A DNA stretch of 64,000 bases from Ascidiella aspersa. Taxonomy: Eukaryota. This document shows, in pieces, positions 1-13,751 of this stretch (the stretch's first letter is position 1; each line of letters begins with the position of its first letter). The notes below the pieces were generated by a model. That model was not told the origin of the DNA. It saw only the letters and a list, made by a program, of their open reading frames with translations, and ran no database searches. Both the position numbers and the translations under genes were made by a program. The stretch lies in assembly GCA_963924565.1 (NCBI GenBank), contig OZ004610.1, positions 7,502,001-7,566,000 of the forward strand. The letters run 5' to 3'.

Positions 1-516
1 TCCCATAACCCCGACACAACTATGTTACGCTTCACAATAACATTCAGGTTTCCAAACCGAATTTACCATAAATCACTTAGCAGGCAAAAAAATGGCCGTT
101 TTAAAACTTAAGCTTATTACATTTATGCAGTTCCAGAGTTACTCAAACGCTTTTTTTTTAGTACCGTACCTTGCCCTGCATACAAGTTACCGCAATTTTT
201 TTTTACCGATTAGACCAGTGGTTCTCAAACTGGGGTCCGCGGTCCTTTTGGGGTCCGCGAGATAACTTTCTGGGACCTCGAAGCACCTAACAAAAAATCA
301 ACGCGGCGCTCCTGAAGAAGATAATTTTTTGTGCAATAAAAAATTTTCAGGCAACTTACTTTTCCAAGCCAAGCTCGTTAGCTGTTCATTCACTTTATTG
401 CACGCTTTGAGTTGAATTGTCTATTATGGCGTCATAGTCATGCGTTGTGCTAGTAAGAATTACGTTTTTACAGCTTGCTGCGCTGACACTGTAGGCGCCT
501 AGGCGGTACAGTATAC

Positions 517-1689
517 CAGAGGTTCCCAACGTGGGCAGTACCGCCCCCTTGTGGGCGTTGGCGAGTTACAAGGGGGCGTTTTGGGTCCGTTTCTAATTTG
601 GGGGGGAGCGCTGAATGCACTTAAGGGGTCGTTACATAAAACCACTTATAGGCTAAATTTTACAAAAAGTTCATATAAAAATAACTAGTAACAAACTGGA
701 CTGTAGGTAACTTTTAACCTTAAATGCAGTTTTCCGACCATTGTTACGTAATAAATGAAAAGTTGTTAGTTGTTGTTGCGTTTCACAGTTTTATACGCGG
801 CAAAATCTTTGTATATTTAAAGCAGGGGTCGCCAACTTACGGCCGCCACTTCTTTGACAACTATATAGACACGAGTCCATTTTAAATACTTTTTGACTAT
901 TTTAACTTAGTACGGGCAAAAATTTTTCGCGCTTCGCGCCAATGATCTTTCTACGTCCAGTTTGTTTACGTTTTGATGCTGTCTTTGGAATAGATTAGCG
1001 CTTTTTTACAGTTGCGGACAAACGGAAAACGTATTCAAAAATATTAGACATATATTGTTTAACATTTTTTGATTTTTTTCGGCAATGGAATGAATACTAG
1101 CACGAAATTTAAAAGAAATGTTGGTATACCCCCCAAAAATTGCGCTCGCTTTGCTCGCAAGGTGCGACAGGATTTAACAAACACCCGCTCGCAAGGTGCG
1201 CCAGAAGACCTTAACAAACACTGATTGACACTATCTATAAACACTAAGGTTATCGCGTTTCCTCAAACTAGCTTTATTACACTTTTAATTAGTAGTATGG
1301 ATGAAAAAAATCCGAGGTCCGCCTGATTCACAGTTGTTCTAACATTCCAATAACACAATTCTTAGCGGCCCACAGAGACCTTTCTGAGTCTGATTGGTGC
1401 CCCTGACAAGAAGTGGTTGCCGACCCCTAATTTAAAGTATTGGTGCAGAAAGTTGAATTTTTCCTGGTAATGACATAACCTGGTGAATTAATGTATCCAT
1501 AAATTCCTATAGTGAATGTATGTTAGACTACCTAAAATATGACTGACAGCTTATCGAAACGAAAGTGCAGACAATAAGTGTTAAGCAACGATTAATATAA
1601 TACTTTACTGTAAAGCAAGATGAGGGGGGCGATATGAAATATTATTGAGCCCAAGGGGGCACTAGTGTCAAAAAGGTTGGGAAACACTG
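517..1689. mobile_element. hAT-type MITE nested in the 216-1932 element
   Basis: TIRs CAGAGGTTCCCAAC / GTTGGGAAACACTG. Flanks cagtatac / gtgtatac (6 of 8 match). Confidence 0.75.
823..1429. mobile_element. hAT-type MITE, innermost element of the nest
   Basis: TIRs CAGGGGTCGCCAAC / GTTGCCGACCCCTA. Perfect 8-bp TSD ATTTAAAG at 815-822 and 1430-1437. Confidence 0.88.
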
Positions 1690-1739
1690 GTGTATACGGT
1701 CACGGTTTAAAACTGTTCGTGATTGCTTCACTCAAATAA

Positions 1740-1805
1740 AATGACTCATTAGAGGTTAACATTGCCGAGCTGATAGCAAAGAAGCAAGTGCACCCATCTC
1801 ATTGA
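1740..1805 (+). pseudogene. C-terminal remnant of a Buster/Charlie-family hAT transposase
   Basis: Reads NDSLEVNIAELIAKKQVHPSH-stop, matching the ..I..L...KQ.H.SH* terminus typical of Buster/ZBED5/FAM200-like transposases. It lies just inside the right TIR of the outer element. Confidence 0.7.
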
Positions 1806-3340
1806 TACCATTAGGATCAACGTGTTATTTTGTGTTTACAGTATTTGTGTATATTTTTAAGGGACCGTAAGCAATAAAAAAAATTCTGGGGGACCGTTGC
1901 GTCATATTTTACAAAAAGTTTGAGAACCACTGGATTAGACTGATATGTAAATACTGTTACGTACATTAATATTATTCTGTCACCTAAAAACAAACCAAAG
2001 TTCTTTAAAGGAAAACTTTCAGGGATGACGTCGCTTACGTCATAAAACATTTATTTCCAAAGCACCTGTTTTGAGTTAACTCGTGCACTAATGTGCAGCT
2101 GAAGACAAGTATAATTGCGCATAACGTTAAAAGAGTGTTATTTGGATTGGCAAAACTTTTAATATAAAGAATATTTGGTATATCAAGCACATTTTCGTAT
2201 ATTGCTCACAATAACGGCATTTATAATCGAATTTAACCGAAATTGCACTTTGTAGAGTTTTGATGTCACACGGTGCAACAAACCAGCTTCGTATGCATAG
2301 CGCCTTCAGGTATATTTCCTTAAAACGGGAAAATACAGTAAAACAGATGGAAGCAAATATTTTGTATTTGTATAGTGAAAGTTGGATCAGCACCTGCGCG
2401 CATCAAACGTTTTATATTTTAGCTCACACGATCAAACGCAGGGCTGAAACCCGTGAAGGTCAAATACTAATGCACAACTCAAGTGCGATGCTCGTTCTAA
2501 ATAGCTCGCCACATTGTGTTGAAGTACATTCGTCGCCGAAAGATATGATGTTAATATTGTTTATATTAGAACGTTATCACTTTTCTACTAAAATCTGTCT
2601 TGGCTAGTTTCTCACAAATATGAACTAAAAGGTTAAACATACAATTAATATTGACTTTAAGCTATGTTTGTTAGCGCACAACTTTTGGATGATGTCACTA
2701 TACAATAGAATTTTGGAGCTTAGATGTTAGAGGTTTTAGTTAGACGTAGTAAGAATAACAAAACCCATAAAGAAGTACGTTTCATTTTGTAAACGATTCG
2801 AACGACTCTTTATTCGTTTTCAACATTAAAAATGCTAGCTACTTCTGTATAGGCCGCGCCCACCCCACCTTAAGTACTTTTGTCTTGCTTCCCTAATTTT
2901 CTCGCCCATGTCCTAGTTTTACAAGTTGAGGGACCTTTCTTTAAAAGCCGACTTGTCAAAGTGATTCTCATAGTATGACACACGTCAAAGTTAGGTTACA
3001 TTGAACGCAATTAAAAAAATATTCGGCGTAAACCATTATTTGTCAAAATTAAAGGCAAATAAATGACAAGCCACTTCTTTATGCGTTATACCATTTCAAA
3101 TAACCGTGATACTTGTTAGGTTTTGTGTAGCTCTTAATAATATCGTATGCAAATTAAAACCGAGAAATATGTAAGGCTTTTTTATAACACTTTAGAGGAA
3201 ATATGTATTCTTTAAATCTAGGTTTGAGTAACAACCCAGTCTAGAACTGCCCAAATTTTAATAAGATTGAGCTTTAAAACGTCCAGTTTTTTGGCCTGCT
3301 GTGGGATCTATGGTAATTCACCTAAAATGTCATTGTGAAG

Positions 3341-3418
3341 CGGAACATCTGCGTTAGACTGTATAGGCAGGATTTGTGACGGATCGTGGCAAACCTATTA
3401 CTGCAAGAGCTTAGAAAG
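3341..3418 (+). CDS. Possible upstream exon of the LDLa-GPCR (GTSALDCIGRICDGSWQTYYCKSLER)
   Basis: Open frame with a CDG-containing Cys motif. Good donor AG|GTAATT at 3419 in phase 2, matching the phase-2 start of the 6820 exon (..SLER|FVCANAW). The acceptor is weak (gtgaag at 3340; alternatives at 3366/3370), so the start is uncertain. Confidence 0.45.
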
Positions 3419-3797
3419 GTAATTGCGCCGTACGTAATAGGAAAGGGGAACTGACATTGCAAATTATATTCTAGTTTTACTGTTCGAAAAAGTAATTTAA
3501 AAAAAAAATTAAAAAGTAATAGCGAGTTCGAGTGATGATGATAATTGCGCCAGCCCCAAAATGAAAAGAACCAAAGAACAGATGTTTTTCCTCCAAGTGG
3601 GGCAGATGTATTTTGTTCGCAAGAGATTAGTATGATCCATCATTGGATATTATTAAAGTCCTGTTTACGCACCTACAAAAATAGATAACCTGTGTTTCGT
3701 GCTATGTGGTTTCCTTAAAATACTTTTTTGAGCCAAAAGTTTACCTTTACGGTATTTTATAAATGCAATAGGTGGCCCCGGTGTATAAAGTTTTCGA

Positions 3798-4152
3798 CAG
3801 TGTTGTAATGACTTAAGACAATGACATGACTTGGGTGCACTTATGTCACTGTTTTCAAACGACTTGACGCGGCCTAATTCGTTTCGGTAAAACTATACTT
3901 GACTAGACTTAAGTCTTTTGAACAAATTACTTGCCTTGACTTAAATCATTGAGTCAAATGGTTTGGGTTGAAATTAAGTGTTTTAGACAAGTTTACCAAA
4001 TTTAATGGTTAAACGTTTAATTTTTTATGTCAATGACTTGATGTTGACTTGCTCTTATAACGACATGACTGAGACTTGACTTATTATTTTTAAATGCTTG
4101 ACTTCGACTTAAATAACTTAAGTCATTTAAAAATGACTTGTTTACAACAATG
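3798..4152 (-). mobile_element. MITE of the AAGTC-repeat family (CAGTGTTGTAA TIR)
   Basis: TIRs CAGTGTTGTAA / TTACAACAATG. Perfect 8-bp TSD GTTTTCGA at 3790-3797 and 4153-4160. Internal GACTT repeats. Confidence 0.85.
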
Positions 4153-5352
4153 GTTTTCGATGTACACTTTGCTAAGTGGATGAAGTAAAATTTTAGTAGT
4201 TTAACCCTTATGTTTCGATGATGACGTGTTGACTTGAGAAACTGATAAAATGACTGGCTATGTATTGCAAAACACTTTACCTTCGTGTGCTCATTTTTGC
4301 TTGGATTTTTGTTTCAAATTATTAGTGTATAACACCGTTTTCTTTCGGTAAAGCAGTCGTAAAAACCGGCCAGATATACAGGGTTCGCACCGGGGGTCCG
4401 TAAAACATGCCTTCTGGCGCCTAAAAATCGAATCGATGTCCTTTTGCCCGTAAAGTCGTCGATCAAAGGGTTCCGCTGCGCCGAGCGCTTACCAGCCGTT
4501 GTGTAATCCTACGCCGCTGACAAAATGCTGTCACTTTTAACCGAGCCTTGCTAGCGTGAGTGAATCTGTTTTTCGGCAGCGGTGACGACCTGACTCTGAA
4601 ATAACAGCCAGGTGCTGCACCTGCTGTTTTTCACAGCTCGATTGCATTTGACGTATAGGCTGAATTGTAAGCGCTTCAAAAATGTCGGTTCAATAACGAT
4701 TAGGCGCTCCTATATCGGAACAACGGTCTCCTGGCAGCTTATACACGACCGAAGGGTTAAAGCGGTACGAAAAACCACCGTTCGTTTGGCAAACGTAAAA
4801 TGATTTATGCGTGCGCTTCCGTGGAATTTGCGTGAAATAAACGTAAATGAAAATAAATGGCCCTTTTTGTTGTTGCTCAGAACCATACAAATCTGCGGCG
4901 ACGTGCCGAAAACCGAGCTAAATCTTCGCTATTTGGTCGTTGGTCGGAAAAGTGGGTAACAGGGTTGCTCAGTTAAGCTGGACTATTTCGGAACTGTCAA
5001 AATGGCTTTTGGCCTGGGTGCGATTTCAGTTTGATTGGGCTTTGGCAACAGCAAAAGCCTTTAAGTGTGAATGTTCTTAAAAAGCTCTTGTTATAGTTTT
5101 ACTCTCAAAAATGTTGGCGAATTGATCTTTCGTTATAAGCTGCATTTGCCTGTGCCCTAAACAAAATAAACAATGATGTATATGGGTTGTTCCACTTAAG
5201 CAGTCAAAAGAAAAAGAAAAAGTTGTCCTTAGGTTTAAAATAAATGGTTTAAGAGATGACGACCAGCAAGATTATGCTTACCTAACCGTTTGGGCTGCTT
5301 ATTGCTAGTTGGTTATTTAGCACACACCAGTCCCTTAATAAAACTAATACAT

Positions 5353-5652
5353 CAGGGGTTCTTAAACTTGGGTCCATGGACCCTTTGGGGGCCTTTGAAC
5401 TAGTTTAAGGGGGTACATAAAGACCTACTTGAAATATTCGAGTATATTTAGGAAGTAATTATTTTTTAAAGAAAACTGTTTGATTAAAAATAAAACGGTT
5501 TTGCACTGAATGTATTTTGACTCCATTTCAATTTCACGTTTTTGGACCGAAATCAGCAGTTTTATGAAATCTATTTGACTGTGACGTCATTTTATGATGT
5601 CATTTTTGACATTTTTGAGGGTTCCGCGGTAAAAAAAGTTGAAGAATCCCTG
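5353..5652. mobile_element. hAT-type MITE
   Basis: TIRs CAGGGGTTCTTAAAC / GTTGAAGAATCCCTG. Flanks taatacat / taataaat (7 of 8). Confidence 0.78.
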
Positions 5653-6819
5653 TAATAAATCAAGTATGTCAAAACCGTTATTACTCGCAAACCTAACGAA
5701 CGAATGGGATTCTGCTAGGTGAGAGTATGCAACGTCTTATTTACGACGTGTTCATTTTTGGGATGTTTTTTCATTGCACTTGGCACTCGACATAGATATT
5801 GCAATTTTGAAATATTTGTTTGAAAATACCAATTAAAAACACCCAGCTTAAAGCGCGCGGTTGGTCTTAGATGTTTAAAATGCAATAAATGCTAATTAGT
5901 AATATTGATTTTTTTTGACAAGCTGGGAATTCTATTCGGTGAACGAGCGAGTCATCAGTGTTGCAAACAATCCATTTTTAATTGTCCTAAGTACTAGTCA
6001 AGTCAGATAAAAAAGTGACTTAAGTCAAGTCATTGACCTAAATCATTACAGCACTTAGTCTCACTAATCTATTTATTATAAGCCTGAAACCTCCCAAAAG
6101 ATGAAAATGCAAACAACAAAAATACTTTTTATGAATTGCAAGATTTTCAGAATTTAAAGCACAGATATACTTAGAGTGTTTGTTTTATACTTTATCAAAA
6201 AACCAAGAATAGAAAGCGCCGATAATGTCTTTGCATACTTACAACGGTAGACTATATAACGAAGCGCACACATACCAGTAAGCAATCAAATCATTGGTGA
6301 CACCAGTTCCAAACAGGAGAGTTACAGAGTCGTTTTGTAAGGGAATAAAAGTTTTGAGGAAATCCAAGGTGTAACTTCTTCCCAATATTTTTTAATATGA
6401 TGACAATTATAAAATATTGCGATACAGTTTCAGGGGAACGTTTTCTAACAGCAATATGTTGGCTCTATTTTGTTTTGTTTAAAATTACTTCAAAAACATG
6501 AGTCAATATACTTTGTCCACTCAAAAGTAGTAAGTCATCTTTGACAGAACAATAAATAGTGACGTTTACCAGGGTTACTCTACAAAGCTTCTGCCGAATT
6601 TGGAAACAGTGTCGTTTTACGCGTTTCAAGCCTACTGTCAGCATTTTTCACCAAGATCGCGAATAGTTTTGACACTCCACACCCCTATACTGAAACGCCC
6701 AACTTCGTTTGCAAAATCAGGCACTCCTCTACGTCGACAGTGCCCTTAGTCTGCCCTGCCTGAAACGCATTGGCAAAAAACCTCAAACAGCAATATAAGT
6801 AACTGTATTCACCTTGCAG

Positions 6820-7059
6820 ATTTGTGTGCGCCAATGCGTGGCGATACGTGTTGGGCTCGACCAATCAGAGCCACTGGAAGGAACGACGCGTGCCCTACAG
6901 CGCCCAGGCCAGGCACCAGTTCCAGAGCCGGGACTTTCCCGGGCGCTGCGGCCTGCCCGACGCCTACGTTTGCGACGGCTTCAATCACTGCGGCGACCAT
7001 TCGGACGAGTGCAATGCGAACTGCGGTGACGCCAAGAAGTTCATCTGCGCCAACGGAAA
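6820..7059 (+). CDS. LDLa-GPCR exon A (LDLa module 1 and start of module 2)
   Basis: Acceptor ccttgcag|, donor AA|gtaggt (phase 2). Encodes FVCANAW...CGLPDAYVCDGFNHCGDHSDECNANCGDAKKFICANG. GC-rich codon usage. Confidence 0.9.
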
Positions 7060-10000
7060 GTAGGTTACCGCTTTATAGATTAATGGTCTGAGACACGCCG
7101 CTTGAATTTAGTAAAAATCAAATTTCTGTTCCTATGTGTTTTATCAACTTCGATCTTAAGACAATGGCAAATATTTAGCGTTGTTTTAATTATTTCTGTA
7201 TTATTAAAACCGGATTATTAAGGCGGCCAACCAGGTTGCGTTCGAGATGTTGGTCGTATAGCCTACGCTAGGCTAGGTTCATTGCTGTAATATAATATGA
7301 AGGCAGAACAGCACCCATGCAAAAGAGCACTAAACCTTAAGACTAAAAATGTAAAAAAATGTTAGAGATTGAATGCCTTATTCATCGAAGAGTTACACAA
7401 TATAGTCGCGGCCCTCGGGATAAATGTTTTCATTTAGCCCTGGGATCAATTTGAGTATGAGATCCCTGAAGTAAGTTGTCTATACGTTTTGTTCAAACGC
7501 AATGAATGAGCTATTTTTTGGCACGGTTTCAGTGGATTTTACGCTAACAGACCTTGGGCCACAAATTGTGGAACGCCAATTAGACTATTGAAAGGTTATG
7601 AGCTACTGTCCTAGTCCAACGTATAACAATAGCAAGTCATGTAAAGGCATTAATATAAATGCTTCAAAACTGATAAGATTTATTTTATTCGTAGTATTTC
7701 TTGTAAACCCATCAACAACGAGAAACCATTAGCAACCGCATTTTTCAATTCACAAAATATGAGGCGAAAAATCTCATTTTTAACCAAAATGTGCTGACTA
7801 TATATAAAACGCTTAAATTGAGGTCAAGTCAAATACCTATAGCACTTAGCCCTACAATTACTACATTCAAGGCAAAACAGCGCTTTTTCAGGCATAATTT
7901 GTAAATAGTGAAATGCACTATTTTTCCTTCTTCTAATACCTGAAACTTTGATGGTAGCGCAAAGGGCACATAAGAAAAAAAGCGAAAAAGCTAAATCTTA
8001 AAGCTGGCTGCCTAGGCGGGAAGAATAGAAGAAAAAATGAGGAAGGGCGCCAGTGTTTCTTGATCTGTCGATATTGGACGGATCGTATCGACGAACCGTC
8101 ACAATAATGGCCTCGTCGTCAGCCCGTGTGCGGTAGCGGGCGGTTTGGGTCGAGGGCCCACCAAGCCCATGCTCTGCCGGTTAAATAATAAATGTAGAAG
8201 CGCGAGTATTTATATATTCACGCCACGGCTTTTCTTCGTCTTATTGCGAGAAATGGGCGTCCTGGCCTTGATTGATTTACTGTAACACTGTCTCAACACA
8301 ACTCCATCTTTATAGCAAGTTAAATCGCATGTGTAAAAACCGGGAAGAAAGACAGCATCATATTTTCGAAATATTATTTAATAGTTTTTGTTGTATGTAT
8401 TATTTAATACTTTTTGTTGTATGTAATTAAGGGGAATACCATTGTAACTGTCGTAAGTGTTAAGATTAACAGTGAGCTTGCTAAACCGCATGTTTATGTA
8501 AGTACTTTATCGGATCCATTAGTTTTCAGTAAGTTTTATTATCTCTTTGCCACAATATTTCATTCTACAATCTAAAATATATGGCTAGCGCTAGAACGAG
8601 GTGTTTTACTTTATTTTTGATTTGATTTTTTAAACAAATTTGAGTAAAATGGTTTCTAATGGCCCCATTATTTCTGGTAAAAGTACCAAATTTAGTGCGC
8701 AACCATCAACAAAAAGGCTTTGTTTTGGTTTTCTGCTTATCACGGAGTGTATGGAGAACAAAGGGGTCTTAATATATACACAATACATATACCTCTTAAA
8801 AAAATGTGTCAGACAATTACAATATACGCTAAAAAAATATATATATTTATATATTTATGCCGTTTCAAAAATGTGTTTTCAGTAGTTTTACTCCAAGCGA
8901 TCGTAGCGATATAAGAACACAAAAATGTATTTCGAGAGTGATCTACCTATTTTTTATTTAACTGTTAAAATTAGTTTCTAATCAGGCAAAATAAATTTGT
9001 CAACATCAAAGAAAAACTGATATTTCAGTATTTTTTATTCAATTTCGAGAACTATTAGAAAATGCCCGCCGATGTAATTTTGCTAAAGTGGCTTTTAAAA
9101 TGAAATTAACGTCGAATGGAAAGGAGAAATCTCTTCGCACAGGGCAAACATGCAGTAAATTTAATTTATTTACTGACTAATACGAAACGGTCGCCGAAGT
9201 TCGAAAAACGATTCTACAGTTTAAACCTGAATGTAAGTTCCGCCCTACGTTTAAAATAATCCATTAGTGCGCTTGGTAAGAATTGTAGAAAACAACCTTA
9301 GCCTAATATAGTCAAAGCAAAACAGCTCGACGTCGAGGTCATAATAACGAATGGCGTGGATTTGACTAAACTCGCTTGGACAAAATGTCTGGCTTTATCC
9401 TGTAGTGTTTCAAATATTTTTACTATTAAATCAAAACGTTTGAACCGGGTTTATACTTTGGCTTATGGGCCTGACTATTGCAAAATACATTTTTATGAAA
9501 AAAAATGTTCCAACACGGTTGTCCATCGCCACGTGTCTATAAATTTCGGACAATGCCATTAAGGACTTGAAAACTCTACGCATTCCAGTAGCTTTCGGTG
9601 GAGAGGCACAGCATGCAGCACCTCAAATCAAACGCACAACCTCGGTAGTGGCGGGTCGGACGATTTTTCGCGTCACATTAAAATTCTGGGCCCTTTAATT
9701 CGCGGCCGGAGAGGCTTCGGGAAAAATCGATCGGGATTAAACACGTCAGAGACCAAAAAACGTCCAGCTCTCATCTTAAAACGATAGGTAGCCATCGGTT
9801 GTTGTTCTCCGGTTGTTGGTTCTGGCATTCTTGTGAACGTGACATTAGATGTATCGCCCCAGAGTTCGGTGCGCAGTGCAATGCAAGGTTGGATTGTTCA
9901 AAACCACCCTAAGAAAGACTATAAGCAATTTGGAGTCTTTATGTTATTGGGGTTCTCTCTTAACCTCACATGTCCCAATGGTCAATGGACATATTCAGCT

Positions 10001-11918
10001 ATTTTTTTACAAAACTATAGTCACTTGGAGAACGCTTTAGTTTGGCCTTTTCGATTGCAAGATGTTTGGTAGTTGTGCATCACGATTATTAACCTGACGA
10101 TAAAATGAATGTGGTAGCCATATGACTCGTTCTTCAACAAAACTCTTAGGTTTTGTTTGAAACTTTCACATGTTACCTTTATTTTGAACTGGCTTTAGTT
10201 GTTTCGCTACATTACATTAAATAAAATGAATGTACTGCAGCTAACACAAAGGGGCTCTCCCTATAAACCATACATTAGAGTTTGGATGTCCGAAAATATT
10301 GGATACCCGATGCGAGGTGGTAGTATCGGTACTCGTCCGATACCAGGGTGATATCGGTGTCGATCCAAAGCGACATTAATATATAAAAAAATTCGCATTC
10401 AAGATAATTTTATCCAAAAATAGTATGTTAACAACTAAAAGCAACTAAACTCTAAAGTAAACTTGGGCCTGATAAACTGCAAAAACAATTGCATTTGACT
10501 GTTTCAATTTCACCTAAAAGCCAGTTTGAGCATGCTACAACGTCATTGATATCGGATCGGGTGGTGGTGCTTTTTGTCCAAAATAACAGTTATAGGTTTC
10601 AGAGTAAAATATTGGATATCACTATTCTGGGAGTTTAATTTTTTTGTGAAGGTGCATTATTGGTTAGAACCTCCTTTGCCTAATTTAAAGTAAACTGACT
10701 TAGACATCGCAGTAGAACCTTTTTACTCCAGCCAGCAAAGTAAAATCGTTACTCCAGCCAGCAAAGTCTGTCCGTTGTAGTTTTAAAAGTCTGAAATAAC
10801 CGTAGTAGAAATGCTGTCCGGATACGGCCGATTCGCCGAACCGCGTCGCCCGCTACTAATTCGTGGGCTCCGCAAGAGATCAGAAAATTCCCGAGCGTGC
10901 CGATAAGTGCCTTTTGCGTGTTTGTTTCGAATCTCAAGGGGGAGGGGGTCATTAAAAATTTTCCCGACTGTGTTTTAAAAGGCTGCTTGTCGGGATGCTT
11001 AAAAAGCTATCTCGGCGGGTTAAAAGTTGTCACGAAAAAAGGTTGTGAAACGCGGAGAACTTTTTAACTCAGTTTCTCAACCTTGGATTTTCGCAATTTT
11101 CTCGAATGTGCCGCAGAACCAATTGCAATACTAACCATCTGAAATACTGAGGTCGGCGATCCATCTAATTCAAACGGCGTCACAATATGAGTGACAAGCC
11201 CTCGTTGAGAAATACTGCTTTTAAGTGCTATTCATCACTAAATACATCGCTGAGAAATTTTATGTTTAAAGCGCACTGTGCCTTACTTTATTTTTCGACA
11301 AGCTTTTCAGGCTGCATGTATATTGTCACCTAATTAATAATAATTAAATTTGTTAAATAATCAAGATTTATAAATTTATATAATATACAACCAATTTGCC
11401 TACAAAAAAATATATTTGAGCAGGGTAAAACCTTGGTTGAAGACCCATGAGCCTAAAATTTGTGTATTTTTTGTTCGCTAGAATTATAAAATTTTGAATG
11501 CCGTTATTGAATATCGACTGGCCGACATTGCACATCCAATATGGAGTGTTTTCGAGAATATGTTTTTACGAAAAAATCGATAGCAATTTAAAATGTACGG
11601 CATTTCTGTTTTTTCCTGTTTCGCTACCTGGTTGGTTGTAATGGAGAAAAATTCATTTGGATACGAACTTAACTGGTATGTTACTGTAACAACTTTTCCT
11701 TGTTTAGAATAAATATACTCTTAATAAAACAAATATTTAACTACTCTACTGCTTCAATAAGTCGTTTCAAAAACAACCGATTTTTTGGAATGAGAAACAC
11801 AATTTTTGTTTGTTTTTTTGTGTTGGCAGTATTTTGAATTGATTCATCGTAACGGCCGATCAATGGAATTTAAATCTCGGCAATTCCGTTAATCTTGAAG
11901 TATACGATTTTTCATTAC

Positions 11919-12411
11919 CAGTGTTGTAAACAAGTCATTTGAAATGACTTAAGTCCCAGTCAAGTCATTTGAAAAATAACTTAAGTCTAAGTCAAGTATT
12001 CTGCAAAAATAACAAGTCAAGTCCCAGTCCAAGTCATCGGTTGCCCAAGTCAAGTCCCAGTCCAAGTCATCGGTTGCCCAAGTCAAGTCCCAGTCAAGTC
12101 ATTATGAGAGCAAGTCAATTTCAAGTTATGTTATTGTCATAAAAGTAAACTGTTAAACTATTATAATCGATAAACTCATCCGATAAGGAGCAATATTTTA
12201 ACTAAAAAATATCACACAGGCTATATACAGCAATTTTATTGTTTAATGTGCAAAACCTGGGATATATTTTATTAAAAAACACTTAATTTAATCCCGAGAT
12301 GTTTAACAAAATGACTTAAGTCCAAGTCAAGTCATTTGTCCAAAAGACTTGAGTCAAGTCAAGTCACTTGTCCAAAAGATTTAAGTCAAGTCAAGTCATT
12401 TAAAAACAGTG
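11919..12411 (+). mobile_element. AAGTC-repeat family MITE, right end truncated
   Basis: Starts CAGTGTTGTAAACAAGTCATTT, with CAAGTC arrays at both ends and a 31-bp internal tandem duplication. Homologous to the copies at 3798 and 19229. Confidence 0.8.
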
Positions 12412-13304
12412 AATGCGAATTCGTCTTATACTGACATGTTGTAACTCAGTATACATCAGCACCTGATATTTTGGAACTCTCAATTTATATTTACGACGGT
12501 TAAATTAGCAAAATATCAGATATTGTTCGAACGCCCAAATGCTGTGTTGTTATTCGTCTGTAACAAGCTATAGTGTTGCATATAAAAATTCACCTAAAAT
12601 ATATGGAAACAAATATATTCACAGGAATAAAATAATACACCAAGTGGATTAAACCAGTGGTACGTTTTTCAAAAACTTTTCGAGTTATTTGCATGGAGGT
12701 CGCCTTTGCAATATTTTATTGACCCTTTTGCAAGAATGATATGAAAAGTTATTAGGTTATTTTTCAAATAGACATTTGTAGAATGATAAAAAACGATATT
12801 GGAAATTTTGTAAAAATGGGTGCGCTTGTTTTTACCAGCTCAGGGTGTTTAAGTTTTAAATACCTTAATAGTTTCTTTGGGAGTCTAGAAAGCATTAGGC
12901 TAATAAAGGTTTTAAATAACTGCAAAAACTATAGGTGACTTTTAAACAAATCGTTGTGTCGAATATGCCTAGTTCAAAACGGAAATTTTCGTTTGAACTC
13001 CTAGTACTAAATAACTCAAATTTCGAACAGGTTAGAAACAGCCGCTTTAAAACGAGAAACGACGATGCAGTGCAAATAAAAGGTCGGCCGACGGGTTCAG
13101 CGCTTCGCTCAATCGAGTTGGTATCCGCAGATTTCAATCGAACGAATGAATAAGTAATAAAGGGCGGGGGCTTAAAGCAAGGCAAATTAAGACGGCCAAA
13201 TCAACGACGCTCACAAAACAACCGCTATACGTACGGCAATATGTCCCAGCTTAAAAATCTATAAGAAACCGCGTTTTGAATGCGTGACGACTGGCTACCT
13301 AAAG

Positions 13305-13751
13305 CAGTGCTTCTTAAATTTTTTTAGTTTTGTTCACCCCTAGCATCTATCTCAGATTTCATTCACCCTTGTTTCATAATATGATAAAACTATTTCGTCT
13401 ATATATAATAGCACAAAATGACTTAGGTTGTTTCGATTTTTGTTAGATCAACTCAAGCTAAGTTTTACCATTGCAAATGTACAATTTCTCGAGTCCAGAA
13501 ACATAAAGCTACAAAATCACAAAACACAGTCACCAAATTTTTGTACGTATACACTCAGTGCAAACCAACTTCACCATTACAATAAGCAAAGAACACTAAA
13601 AAAGAGCAGTTCAGTAGTCGATTTACTGTAGAAAATTGTTTATGATGCTGCTGAACTTTCGTTCACCCTTATTCACCCATTGTAGTTGGTTCACCCCTGC
13701 AAAAGTTTTATTCACCCTGGGGTGAACCATTAACCTGGTTAAGAAACACTG
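13305..13751. mobile_element. hAT-type MITE with TTCACCC subterminal repeats
   Basis: TIRs CAGTGCTTCTTAA / TTAAGAAACACTG. Flanks acctaaag / acctaacg (7 of 8). Confidence 0.8.

Larger units (their letters stand above)
216..1932. mobile_element. Non-autonomous hAT (Charlie/Buster-type) element, outer shell of a nested stack
   Basis: Terminal inverted repeats (TIRs) CAGTGGTTCTCAAAC / GTTTGAGAACCACTG. Perfect 8-bp TSD GATTAGAC at 208-215 and 1933-1940. Confidence 0.9.

Noticed and set aside
2256-2607. Further 5' exons of the GPCR (acceptor-like sites at 2255 and 2422; HTIKRRAETRE)
   Set aside because: I could not build a unique stop-free, phase-consistent chain or find a signal peptide.
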